Below are positions 48,807 through 57,637 of a stretch of DNA of 64,000 bases, in pieces. The stretch comes from an uncultured SAR86 cluster bacterium. GTDB taxonomy: Bacteria; Pseudomonadota; Gammaproteobacteria; Magnimaribacterales; D2472. Numbering within the stretch: the stretch's first letter is position 1; each line of letters opens with the position of its first letter. The DNA is taken from contig CACNRI010000003.1 in the NCBI GenBank assembly GCA_902622845.1, forward strand, positions 133,859-197,858. The letters are read 5' to 3'. Under the pieces are notes generated by a model, which saw only the letters and a program-made list of their open reading frames with translations, made no database searches and had not been told where the DNA came from. The translations under genes and the position numbers were made by a program.

Positions 48807-50435
48807 ATGAGTTCTGGTAAATTACATTTTGCAAAAATTTGGGAGTCAAATGCAAAGCTTGTTGGTGACTCTCCAGCACTAATTAATGATTCACAAATTG
48901 TCTCTTGGTCAGAGTATGAATCACAAGCATCAAAGATTGCTAATTTCCTTCAAGAAAAAGGGCTTAAACAGGATTCGAAAGTTGGAATATATTTACATAA
49001 CTGTAATGAGTATCTTATTGCTCAGTTTGGTGTTTTTAAAATGGGTGGTTGCCCCATCAATGTTAACTATAGATATAAAGAGGATGAACTTGTTTATCTT
49101 TTAGATAACTCAGATACTGAAGCAGTTTTTTTTCATGGTTGTTACTCATCTCAAATTGATTTAATTAAAGATAAGCTTCCTCAAGTTAAAGCTTACATTC
49201 AAATTGATGATGGAACGGATCCTTTAAATGATAATGCTGTCTTCTTTAATGAAATAATTAAAGATTTTGATCCGCTCCCACCTCAAGATAGATCGGAAGA
49301 AGAAATTTATATGTTGTATACAGGTGGTACAACCGGAATGCCTAAAGGTGTTATGTATAAGCAAGGTGGTTTTGTAACAAGTATGTTAAAGACTCTCAAA
49401 GCGATGGGTTTTGAAATGCCTGATGATATAGATCAACTACCTGAATATGTTGCAAAAATTAAAGAAGCAAACATGCTCCCAAAATCTCTGGTTGCCTGTC
49501 CATTGATGCATGGAACTGGGATGTGGTTAGGAGCTTTTCTGCCGATGTTGACTGGTGGATGTGTGGTATCTGTTCCAAATCTTAGTTTTGATGCTGATAA
49601 GTTGTGGGAAGAAGTCGAAAGATCCAAGATTTCTAGTATTGTAATTGTTGGTGATGCTTTTGCTAAGCCAATGTTAGAGTCTCTCAATAAAGCTAAAGAA
49701 GCTGGAAAACCATATGATATTTCTTCTGTCATGTTAATAATTTCATCGGGAGTTATGTGGAGCAGTGAGGTTAAGAAGGCACTTCTTGAGCATCACGATA
49801 TGATGTTAATGGATACCATGGGTTCTACAGAGGGTGGCATGGGTGCATCAATAACTTCAAGAGCAATGCCAACTGAAACAGCTAAATTTAGATTAAATCC
49901 AGGGACAGTTATAGTCTCTGATGATGGCGAGGAAGTTGAACCGGGTTCTGGAGTAATGGGTAAAATTGGAACGAGTGGATTAGTTCCTGAGGGATATTAT
50001 AAAGACCCTGTTAAGTCAGCTGAAACTTTTAAGGAATTCAACGGTGTTCGATATAGCTTCCCTGGTGATTATGCAACAATCAATGAAGATGGAACTATTA
50101 ATCTCTTAGGCAGAGGAAGTAATTGCATTAACACTGCCGGTGAAAAAGTCTATCCTGAAGAGGTTGAGGAAGCTATTAAATTAAGCGAGAGTGTATATGA
50201 CTGTCTAGTTGTTGGATTAGATGATGAAAAATTTGGTCAGAGAGTAGTTGCAGTAGTTTCACTGAATAAAGATTCTGATATTTCGGAGCAGGATCTAACT
50301 GATTTTACAAAAACTAAGATTTCTGGATATAAAGCTCCCAAAAACATCCTATTCGTTGATGAAGTAAAAAGAGCTCCAAATGGAAAAGCAAACTATAAAT
50401 GGGCAAAAGCTGAAGCTATAGATAAGCTATCTTAA
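48807..50435 (+). CDS. acyl-CoA synthetase (FadD19-like subfamily)
   Basis: YTGGTTGMPKG, GSTEG, PGDYA, GEKVYPEEVE, NGKANY. Confidence 0.9.
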   Translation: MSSGKLHFAKIWESNAKLVGDSPALINDSQIVSWSEYESQASKIANFLQEKGLKQDSKVGIYLHNCNEYLIAQFGVFKMGGCPINVNYRYKEDELVYLLDNSDTEAVFFHGCYSSQIDLIKDKLPQVKAYIQIDDGTDPLNDNAVFFNEIIKDFDPLPPQDRSEEEIYMLYTGGTTGMPKGVMYKQGGFVTSMLKTLKAMGFEMPDDIDQLPEYVAKIKEANMLPKSLVACPLMHGTGMWLGAFLPMLTGGCVVSVPNLSFDADKLWEEVERSKISSIVIVGDAFAKPMLESLNKAKEAGKPYDISSVMLIISSGVMWSSEVKKALLEHHDMMLMDTMGSTEGGMGASITSRAMPTETAKFRLNPGTVIVSDDGEEVEPGSGVMGKIGTSGLVPEGYYKDPVKSAETFKEFNGVRYSFPGDYATINEDGTINLLGRGSNCINTAGEKVYPEEVEEAIKLSESVYDCLVVGLDDEKFGQRVVAVVSLNKDSDISEQDLTDFTKTKISGYKAPKNILFVDEVKRAPNGKANYKWAKAEAIDKLS

Positions 50436-50995
50436 TGAAATCCTTTAAAAATAAATTTCTATATTTTATAGAGAAGGTACCTGGTGACTTTTTTTCTAAT
50501 ACATTGATATATTTGTGCGAACACGACAGTAATGGTGCTTTTGGCTTTATAGTAAATCAGCCTACTGATTTTACTGTTTCAAAATTTTTATCATCAATAG
50601 GTAATAAATCTAATAATCATATAACTAGCTTTGAAAGACTTATGCGAGGAGGTCCAGTAGATCTAGATAAGGTTTTCATGCTGCATAACGATAGATCAAT
50701 CTCAAATGTGAATACAAGTCCCTTAACTGATAGGCTTTTTCTTACATGTGCTCCAGAGGTAATTAATAGTGTAAATACCAATGCTGGGCCAAGTAAATTT
50801 AAATTATTTCTTGGATATTGTGGCTGGTCTGCAAATCAACTTGAATCTGAAATTAAGAATAATTCTTGGCATGTCATAGATGCAAATACTGATTTAATAT
50901 TTGATGAGCCTCCCCATAATCTGATTTCAGCTGTTTCTGAAGATTTAGGATATGACTTATCAAATATCTCAGGTGAAAGTAAAAAGGTTCATTGA
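50435..50995 (+). CDS. YqgE/AlgH family protein
   Basis: HDSNGAFGFIVNQP, GGPV, GYCGWSANQLESEI..NSW. Confidence 0.9.
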   Translation: MKSFKNKFLYFIEKVPGDFFSNTLIYLCEHDSNGAFGFIVNQPTDFTVSKFLSSIGNKSNNHITSFERLMRGGPVDLDKVFMLHNDRSISNVNTSPLTDRLFLTCAPEVINSVNTNAGPSKFKLFLGYCGWSANQLESEIKNNSWHVIDANTDLIFDEPPHNLISAVSEDLGYDLSNISGESKKVH

Positions 50996-52686
50996 TGAAA
51001 ATTATTAACAATTTGTTTCTTACGCTTGTTTTAATATCCATACCTTCCCAATCGATTGCTTCTTATGCTCAATCAGATATCTCTCCAGATGGAGTGGTTG
51101 TAACTCAGCACTATTTAGCAACTGAAATAGGCGAAAATATATTAACTCAAGGCGGTAATGCCTATGATGCAGCTGTAGCAGTTGGCTTCGCATTAGCAGT
51201 TGTTCTTCCAAGAGCTGGAAATATAGGTGGTGGTGGATTTATGGTCATTTATGATGAAGATTCAAACGATACCTATGCTATTGATTATCGTGAAAAGGCT
51301 CCTGCTGCCTCTTTTAGAGATATGTATTTAGATGAAAATGGAGAATTTGATATTCTCAAGTCTACATTTGGATATAACGCAATTGGTGTTCCAGGAACAG
51401 TTCATGGTTTTTGGAATGTTCATAAAAGGTTTGGTTCCCTGCCATGGGCAGATCTAATTCAACCAGCAATCATTTTAGCTGAGAGAGGTTTTGTTATGTC
51501 AGATTATATGGCTCAAACTCTCAATAACTATGCTGAAAAAATGTCATATTATGATGAAACTAGAAATATCTTTTTAAGAAATTATCCTAATTTAAAAGAT
51601 TCTAGATTAATTCAAAATGATCTAGCTAAAACATTAAAAAGAATACAGAAGGGTGGTCTAAATGGGTTCTATTCAGGGGAAACAGCTTCCTTAATAGCCG
51701 CTGATATGAGAGAAAATGGCGGATTAATTACAGAACAGGATCTTATAAATTACAGATCTGTTTGGAGAGATCCAATTAAAGGAACTTACAGAGGAAAAAC
51801 AATAGTTACTATGCCCCCTCCTTCCTCTGGAGGTATTCATCTGATTCAAATGCTTAATATTTTAGAAAATTTTGATCTAGGCTCTTATGAACATAATAGC
51901 TACCAATATGTGTCTTTGCTTTCTGAAACAATGAAATATGCTTATGCTGACAGATCTGAATATCTTGGAGATCCAGATTTTTTTGAAGTACCTATCTCTA
52001 AAATAACAGCTAAGGAGTATGCAAAAAAGATTTCTGCATCAATTAGAGAGTTAGGCGTCTTGCCCTCATCAAAAATTAATCCAGGAATGTATATAAATCC
52101 TGAGTCTAATGAAACGACTCATTTCTCAATCGCTGACAAGTTCGGAAATGTTATATCTAATACCTACACCATAAATTCAGCTTTTGGGTCAGGTGTTACG
52201 ATTAAGGGTACTGGAATACTAATGAATAATGAGATGGATGATTTTTCAGGACAGCCTGGTGTTCCAAATCAATTTGGATTATTGGGTGGTGTTGCAAATG
52301 AAATAGAGCCTGCCAAAAGACCTTTAAGCTCTATGACACCAACAATAGTTTTTGATAGTGATGACCCATTCTTAGCGATTGGCTCTCCTGGCGGCTCAAG
52401 GATTATTACTGCTGTTTTGCAAATTATTTTAAATGTTATTGATTTTGAGCAATCTTTAGAAGAGGCAACAGATAGTAAGAGAGTTCACCACCAATGGTAT
52501 CCTGATGATATAGATATAGAAGAAACCTATAACCAAATCAATGAATTAATGGATCTAGGTTATAAGATTGATATTATTGATACAGCTACATGCACACAAT
52601 CAATTATGATTGATGATGGTGAGTTTATTGGAGTTTCTGATTTAAGAAGACCAGATTCTCTTGCTTTAGGAGTTAAAAATGATTGA
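50992..52686 (+). CDS. ggt: gamma-glutamyltransferase
   Basis: Signal peptide, GNIGGGGF, DYREKAP, ETTHFS (Thr nucleophile), NNEMDDF, PLSSMTP, GSPGG. Confidence 0.96.
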   Translation: MMKIINNLFLTLVLISIPSQSIASYAQSDISPDGVVVTQHYLATEIGENILTQGGNAYDAAVAVGFALAVVLPRAGNIGGGGFMVIYDEDSNDTYAIDYREKAPAASFRDMYLDENGEFDILKSTFGYNAIGVPGTVHGFWNVHKRFGSLPWADLIQPAIILAERGFVMSDYMAQTLNNYAEKMSYYDETRNIFLRNYPNLKDSRLIQNDLAKTLKRIQKGGLNGFYSGETASLIAADMRENGGLITEQDLINYRSVWRDPIKGTYRGKTIVTMPPPSSGGIHLIQMLNILENFDLGSYEHNSYQYVSLLSETMKYAYADRSEYLGDPDFFEVPISKITAKEYAKKISASIRELGVLPSSKINPGMYINPESNETTHFSIADKFGNVISNTYTINSAFGSGVTIKGTGILMNNEMDDFSGQPGVPNQFGLLGGVANEIEPAKRPLSSMTPTIVFDSDDPFLAIGSPGGSRIITAVLQIILNVIDFEQSLEEATDSKRVHHQWYPDDIDIEETYNQINELMDLGYKIDIIDTATCTQSIMIDDGEFIGVSDLRRPDSLALGVKND

Positions 52687-52768
52687 TAAACTAATTGTAA
52701 TTTCTGTATATGCTGTTCCAACAATACTTTTTTTAGTCTTTTGTTATTTCTTTACAAAAAGAAAGTAA
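52679..52768 (+). CDS. 29-aa single-TM small protein
   Basis: Not in ORF track; MIDKLIVISVYAVPTILFLVFCYFFTKRK overlaps the ggt stop and ends 1 nt before the pilD TTG. Confidence 0.55.
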   Translation: MIDKLIVISVYAVPTILFLVFCYFFTKRK

Positions 52769-52769
52769 A

Positions 52770-53504
52770 TTGTTTCTTATAGATTACTTAATATTTTTCT
52801 TTATTGGGGCTATTTTTGGAAGCTTTATTTATAGCTTTATCAATAGGCAGTCACCTGAAAAAAAAGCAGCAAATATATCAATTGTTAGTCCGCCCTCTTT
52901 TTGTCCTCAATGTAAAAAAACTCTTAAGCCTATTATGCTAATACCAATATTCAGCTATATATTTTTGAAGGGAAAATGTTGGTACTGTAAATCTGCAATT
53001 CAGTCATCCTATTTATTTTATGAAATATTAATTGGTATTTTTTCAGTAGCTTTCTTTACTACATATGAAGTCTCTTGGATTAGCGTTTTAAACTATATTG
53101 TTTGCTTATTAATCATCATGCAAATACTTCTAGACTATAGATTTCTTTTGCTTTCAACGAATGTAAGTATTTTGATAATACTTTTGGGTTTAGGTTTAGC
53201 ATATCTCGATATAAAGATCTCATTAATAGAATCGTTTATAGGTATTTGTTTAGGCTACATCTCTTTGTGGCTAATTAATTTTATTTTTAAGACTATTAAA
53301 TCTAAAGATGGTATTGGTAGTGGTGACTTTATTTTTCTAGCAGCTCTTTGCTCTTTAATGGGCTACAAGTTGATTGGACCAATAGTTCTTGGTGCATCGT
53401 TAATTTCTTTATTAATTTATTTAGTTTCAAATAAAGAAAAACAACTTTTGCCATTTGGTACCGGGATGGGAATAGCCACATTATTTCTGATTTTCTTTTT
53501 ATAA
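52770..53504 (+). CDS. pilD: prepilin peptidase (A24), GspO/PilD
   Basis: GSFI, CPQC...CWYC, LDYRFLL and GSGDF aspartates, PFG; TTG start. Confidence 0.9.
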   Translation: MFLIDYLIFFFIGAIFGSFIYSFINRQSPEKKAANISIVSPPSFCPQCKKTLKPIMLIPIFSYIFLKGKCWYCKSAIQSSYLFYEILIGIFSVAFFTTYEVSWISVLNYIVCLLIIMQILLDYRFLLLSTNVSILIILLGLGLAYLDIKISLIESFIGICLGYISLWLINFIFKTIKSKDGIGSGDFIFLAALCSLMGYKLIGPIVLGASLISLLIYLVSNKEKQLLPFGTGMGIATLFLIFFL

Positions 53505-53540
53505 ATTGAACTAATTCAAAAAACACCTGTCTATATAAGT

Positions 53541-53610
53541 GTTGACCGATTCCTCTTAATTTTTTTCCCCAGGGGTCAACTAAAAGCGGGCCTTGGTCCG
53601 CTTTTGTTTT
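53541..53610 (+). ncRNA. candidate small RNA or structured 3' UTR with U-rich UUCCCC loop
   Basis: GTTGACC/GGTCAAC stem (53541-53580) enclosing CCT/AGG and a CTTAATTTTTTTCCCC loop, directly followed by a terminator. Confidence 0.35.
53582..53610. terminator. bidirectional intrinsic terminator
   Basis: AAAAGCGG-GCCTTGGT-CCGCTTTT-GTTTT between convergent pilD and tRNA-Gly. Confidence 0.8.
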
Positions 53611-53613
53611 TAA

Positions 53614-53689
53614 TGGAGCGGGTGACGGGATTCGAACCCGTACCAATAGCTTGGAAGGCTATTGTGCTAGCCGTTAACACCACACCCGC
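53614..53689 (-). tRNA. tRNA-Gly(TCC)
   Basis: GCGGGTG acceptor, anticodon arm ATAGC-CT-TCC-AA-GCTAT, ACGGG-TTCGAAT-CCCGT, encoded CCA. Confidence 0.96.
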
Positions 53690-53711
53690 AAATATTTTTG
53701 TATTATAAAAG

Positions 53712-53737
53712 AAAAAAGGGGCGTAAGCCCCTTTTTT
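53712..53737. terminator. bidirectional intrinsic terminator
   Basis: AAAAAAGGGGC-GTAA-GCCCCTTTTTT downstream of the minus-strand paralog cluster. Confidence 0.88.
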
Positions 53738-53752
53738 AGATTTTTATAGGTA

Positions 53753-54559
53753 CTACTTATCGGTGTCATAAACAATATTATGAGTGTTGTAAACCATGTG
53801 AGCTTGGTATGTATTTGCACCTGAGCATGACTCAATATGCTTAGATCTCTCTTCATATACACCTGAGTCTCTTAGTAAAGTTGTATAGTCCCTATATGAA
53901 CTAATCATATTTGCCCTACTTTCTGCATTATACCAATGTGTCATCATGATGAAATCCCAATCAGGCTCCTCCTGAATACCCCTATAAGGTGTGAAGAAAC
54001 TGACGCCCCATCCTTTGAGCCCGAAATCTCTTGCTAGTTTTTCTTGTTTAGCATAAAGGGCTTTTAATTCTGAAATATCAGCATCATCAGTTAACTTACA
54101 TGTTCTCCAGTCAGTAAATAATCTTTCATCTCTTTCCTCCATAGGTATTCGAACACGAAGAACTGAATGAAATCTCATTGATGAGGTTGACTTACACTCA
54201 CCAGCAACTTGAGCCGAAACACCATTCTTTTCTGCCCATTCTGGATAATCATTCATGTAGGCACCCCATTCTATATATTGATCTTGACCAGTTGGCCAAT
54301 TACCCCACATTACGTAATCATATTCCTGATCATTGTCCCAAATAGGAGTGAGATTAATTCTATTGTATTGAAGATCATTTTCTTTTAAGAAGTCCTCATA
54401 TGGAGCTTGTTCTGCAAGTAAATCATTATAGGTCTTTCCTTCATTAAAATTACAAAAGAAAAACTCTGATCTATGCACATATTGTTCTGAGGTTTCAGCA
54501 AAAGCTGAGACCGAACTCATTAATAGAGTAATAGTTAATAAAGATTTATACATGATCAC
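53753..54559 (-). CDS. secreted hypothetical protein, two-repeat alpha/beta (NIPSNAP-like) architecture, paralog A
   Basis: Signal peptide (SAFA/E), internal duplication, four Cys. Confidence 0.75.
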   Translation of the reverse strand: MIMYKSLLTITLLMSSVSAFAETSEQYVHRSEFFFCNFNEGKTYNDLLAEQAPYEDFLKENDLQYNRINLTPIWDNDQEYDYVMWGNWPTGQDQYIEWGAYMNDYPEWAEKNGVSAQVAGECKSTSSMRFHSVLRVRIPMEERDERLFTDWRTCKLTDDADISELKALYAKQEKLARDFGLKGWGVSFFTPYRGIQEEPDWDFIMMTHWYNAESRANMISSYRDYTTLLRDSGVYEERSKHIESCSGANTYQAHMVYNTHNIVYDTDK

Positions 54560-55314
54560 TCCGGAGCTCTCATTACAAGACCAGTATAAGTTCTTGCATT
54601 AGTGCATGAAAAACTAGCTTGTAAGTCTTTTGTTTCTTGTCGATCTGCAAAGTTTTCAGTAAACAAAGCTTGGTTTACCCCTGCCTCAGAAATAGAAGCT
54701 GTATACATTAACCTTACAAAATCTACTCCATCAGGAAGAACTCTTCCTGCATTAGGCACAATCATTTTTCTTCCAATAGTATCACCATCTTCTTTTACCA
54801 TATTTGCAAAATCCATATATAGATCATAAACAGATCTATTGTTATATCCTTCTGCATTGGAGCAATCAGAATATGTTGCATACATCATATCCCCAACACC
54901 AAATTCATCTGGATTAGAGATATTCCATTGCCATGCATCGACTTGTGCAGAATTCTCAGATGGAAGCGATCTTAACAACTTGTCTCCACCACCAGTTACC
55001 CAGGTTTCAAGACCCTTGAACTGCTCAACTGATGAAGGCCAATTGCTGACCCAGATAACATCCAAAGCCCCCATATCACTATTAAAGTAAGGTGAAAGAA
55101 GTGCAACCGTCATATTGTCATACACTTCGCCCTGATCTTCAGCCCAATCAGCAAATTTGTTATACCACATGACCATATCATCTAGATCTTTTCCATCTTT
55201 ATATGATCCCATATAGTATTCAGCTTTATTAATAACTGGCTCATACTTGTACTCAACATCTTGAGCAAAGGTCCCAATAGAAAATAAAAAAGGTATTAAT
55301 AATAAGTATTTCAT
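54556..55314 (-). CDS. secreted hypothetical protein, paralog B
   Basis: GGAGG SD, signal peptide (TFA/Q), motifs shared with paralog A. Confidence 0.75.
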   Translation of the reverse strand: MKYLLLIPFLFSIGTFAQDVEYKYEPVINKAEYYMGSYKDGKDLDDMVMWYNKFADWAEDQGEVYDNMTVALLSPYFNSDMGALDVIWVSNWPSSVEQFKGLETWVTGGGDKLLRSLPSENSAQVDAWQWNISNPDEFGVGDMMYATYSDCSNAEGYNNRSVYDLYMDFANMVKEDGDTIGRKMIVPNAGRVLPDGVDFVRLMYTASISEAGVNQALFTENFADRQETKDLQASFSCTNARTYTGLVMRAPE

Positions 55315-55443
55315 TTATATCCTCCGTAAAAATTTATTATTGATGAGAAAAACCTCTCCCCTCAGATGTTTCAAATCTCTTATATAGATTGTTTCAAGAA
55401 GAAAAGTAAAAATCAATATATAGGTTAAAAAAACACTTAAAAA

Positions 55444-56175
55444 CTAAAAGACTTTATAACCTATGTATGAATTTGAAGAGAAGCACTCAGATTGTTCAGA
55501 AAAAAGATCTTTTATTTCAATTGAATCTTCACTGTCTATCCAGCTAGCATAAAAATTATCTCTATCTGAAGAGGAATTAAAAAAGTTATGCCAGTAGAAG
55601 TTCCTCGAACTAGAATCTGAGTTTAGAAAATCAGCTTTATAAGAAATACTATACTCATTCAATAGGTTATAAAAATAATCTGAAGCAACCTTAAACGTTC
55701 CAAAGTTTGAATCTGGACCAAATTCACAGTCTAGGATTTCTAAGTAGAAAATATCATCTTGCTGATCTAGCTTTGAAATTAATGTAGTTGCAACAAGATT
55801 ATTATTTTTTTGCAGACACTGAAATATATTGTTTTCAGAATTAATGAATAAGCTAAGATTCTCTTGATCAATAGATTCTTTATTTTTTACATTGATTATA
55901 AAATTTTTAATTTCATCATCTTGGCTGTCTGAAAAATAAAAATCTAATTGATATTCAAAACTATGATTCTTGAGCAGTTGAGAAAGTTTAGGAATATATT
56001 GCTCAAGGTCATTTAAATTATTATTTTGACTTAGAGTACATTCATACTGAGAGATAAAGTAGTTTTGGTTTGGTTGCATTAATTCAGAGAGATTTTGTTG
56101 ATTATCTGAGACTTCTTTACTACATGAAGCAAGAAAAAATAGAGAAATTAAAAAATTTTTATACGGCATCATCAA
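55444..56175 (-). CDS. hypothetical lipoprotein, divergent paralog C
   Basis: Lipobox LASC; Cys spacing and C-terminal motif shared with A and B. Confidence 0.7.
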   Translation of the reverse strand: MMMPYKNFLISLFFLASCSKEVSDNQQNLSELMQPNQNYFISQYECTLSQNNNLNDLEQYIPKLSQLLKNHSFEYQLDFYFSDSQDDEIKNFIINVKNKESIDQENLSLFINSENNIFQCLQKNNNLVATTLISKLDQQDDIFYLEILDCEFGPDSNFGTFKVASDYFYNLLNEYSISYKADFLNSDSSSRNFYWHNFFNSSSDRDNFYASWIDSEDSIEIKDLFSEQSECFSSNSYIGYKVF

Positions 56176-56188
56176 CTATAATCAATAC

Positions 56189-57145
56189 ATGAATAATTTT
56201 ATCAAATTATATCTTTTATCTAGCTTAAGTTTATCTTTTATAAATGCAGATACTACTAAATTTGGTCTAGGTTCTTGCCTTGATCAAGATTACCCTCAGC
56301 CAATTTGGAAAGCAATTGAAAAAGAAGACTTGGATTATTTTGTTTTCTTGGGAGATAACGTCTATGGAGATTTACCTAGTGGGTCTCTAAGAAAAATGGT
56401 AAGTGCCTATAAAAAACAAAAGAATAATTTTCCTGAATGGATGAAAAACGTAGAAATTTTACCTATATGGGATGATCATGATTACGGCTTAAATGATGCT
56501 GGCTCAGAATATCCTCTAAAGAGACAATCACAAGAGATATATCTAAATTTTTGGGGAATACCTTTAGATGATGATAGGCATAATAGAGATGGTATTTATT
56601 TTTCAGAAGAAAAAATAATACAAGGTAAAGTTTTTAAACTAATATTTCTAGATACAAGATTTTTTAGATCTAAGTTGAAAGGCCCAAAAGGAAAATATAT
56701 TGAAAACCTAGATCCTGACGCAACAATACTTGGAAATTCTCAATGGAATTGGTTGGAGAGTGAGCTAAAAGATCAATTTGATTTCTTAATGATATTTAGC
56801 TCCATTCAAATAATTGCAGAAGATCACCCCTATGAAAAATGGAATAATTTTCCACATGAAAAAGAAAAACTATTTAATATGCTAAACAAATATAATGACA
56901 AAACTTTATTTGTTTCGGGAGATAGACATAGGGGCGGTATCTATAAAGAAAGTGGAATCTATGAAATAACTGCATCTTCACTCAATAAGCCTGGTTCAAA
57001 TTTTGATGAGACTGATACTAATCTTATTGGTAAAACATATAATCAAGAAAATTATGGATCGCTTGAAGTTTCTGAAAATAAAATAAACGTTTTGTTAAAA
57101 GATCTTAATGGCAAAACCCTAAATATGGTTAGCCTCAAATATTAG
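56189..57145 (+). CDS. PhoD-like alkaline phosphatase/phosphodiesterase
   Basis: GSC, LGDNVYGD, WDDHDYG, LDTRFFR, LGNSQWNWL, SGDRH; Sec-type N-terminus. Confidence 0.9.
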   Translation: MNNFIKLYLLSSLSLSFINADTTKFGLGSCLDQDYPQPIWKAIEKEDLDYFVFLGDNVYGDLPSGSLRKMVSAYKKQKNNFPEWMKNVEILPIWDDHDYGLNDAGSEYPLKRQSQEIYLNFWGIPLDDDRHNRDGIYFSEEKIIQGKVFKLIFLDTRFFRSKLKGPKGKYIENLDPDATILGNSQWNWLESELKDQFDFLMIFSSIQIIAEDHPYEKWNNFPHEKEKLFNMLNKYNDKTLFVSGDRHRGGIYKESGIYEITASSLNKPGSNFDETDTNLIGKTYNQENYGSLEVSENKINVLLKDLNGKTLNMVSLKY

Positions 57146-57163
57146 AGACTAACCATAAAAGCT

Positions 57164-57577
57164 CTACTTAAGAACAATAACTTTACCTTTGAATGTTTTA
57201 TCACAATAACCTCTATAGAGATTAGCTAGATGTGATTTTCTATTTTCAGATAAATAATTAACCTTTAGGTCGCAGGTTAATGAAGGATCTATAAGTCCAT
57301 TATTTGAAAACTGCAAATAGTCGGAATACATTCCAAAGAGAACAACATTGTGGTGGTCTTTAGAGATATCATCCCTAATATAAATTGAAGCTTTTTTATC
57401 ATTTATAAAACATCCCACCGACCCTTTTGGACAAACTGAGGTTACAAGATCATTATCGTAAATAACCTCAATTGGTTTTGCATCCAGATCAAGCATGTTT
57501 TTAGCCTCCTCTAGAACAGTATCTGCACTAATAAATAGAGCAAACGATGAAGTGATTAAAAAATAAAATTTTTTCAT
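57164..57577 (-). CDS. secreted hypothetical protein, 137 aa, four Cys
   Basis: GGAGA SD, signal peptide, strong upstream promoter. Confidence 0.75.
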   Translation of the reverse strand: MKKFYFLITSSFALFISADTVLEEAKNMLDLDAKPIEVIYDNDLVTSVCPKGSVGCFINDKKASIYIRDDISKDHHNVVLFGMYSDYLQFSNNGLIDPSLTCDLKVNYLSENRKSHLANLYRGYCDKTFKGKVIVLK

Positions 57578-57586
57578 GTTTCTCTC

Positions 57587-57637
57587 CTGTCATATTAATG
57601 TAACATAAATGTAACATATAAGACACATTTTAGACAC
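57587..57637 (+). repeat. five tandem 11-bp-phased Pho-box-like half-sites
   Basis: CTGTCAT-atta-ATGTAAC-ataa-ATGTAAC-atat-AAGACAC-attt-TAGACAC starting at 57587, 57598, 57609, 57620, 57631. Confidence 0.75.

Noticed and set aside
53329-53646. 105-aa minus-strand ORF
   Set aside because: Begins inside tRNA-Gly, crosses a terminator and runs antisense to pilD.
53614-57577. Genomic island integrated at tRNA-Gly (or at tRNA-Arg)
   Set aside because: No integrase, no duplicated tRNA 3' end seen, and the hypothetical genes lie on the 5' side of tRNA-Gly.
57587-57637. CRISPR or microsatellite interpretation of the repeat array
   Set aside because: Units are 7 bp with 4-bp spacers and degenerate; no cas genes; the 11-bp period fits protein binding.
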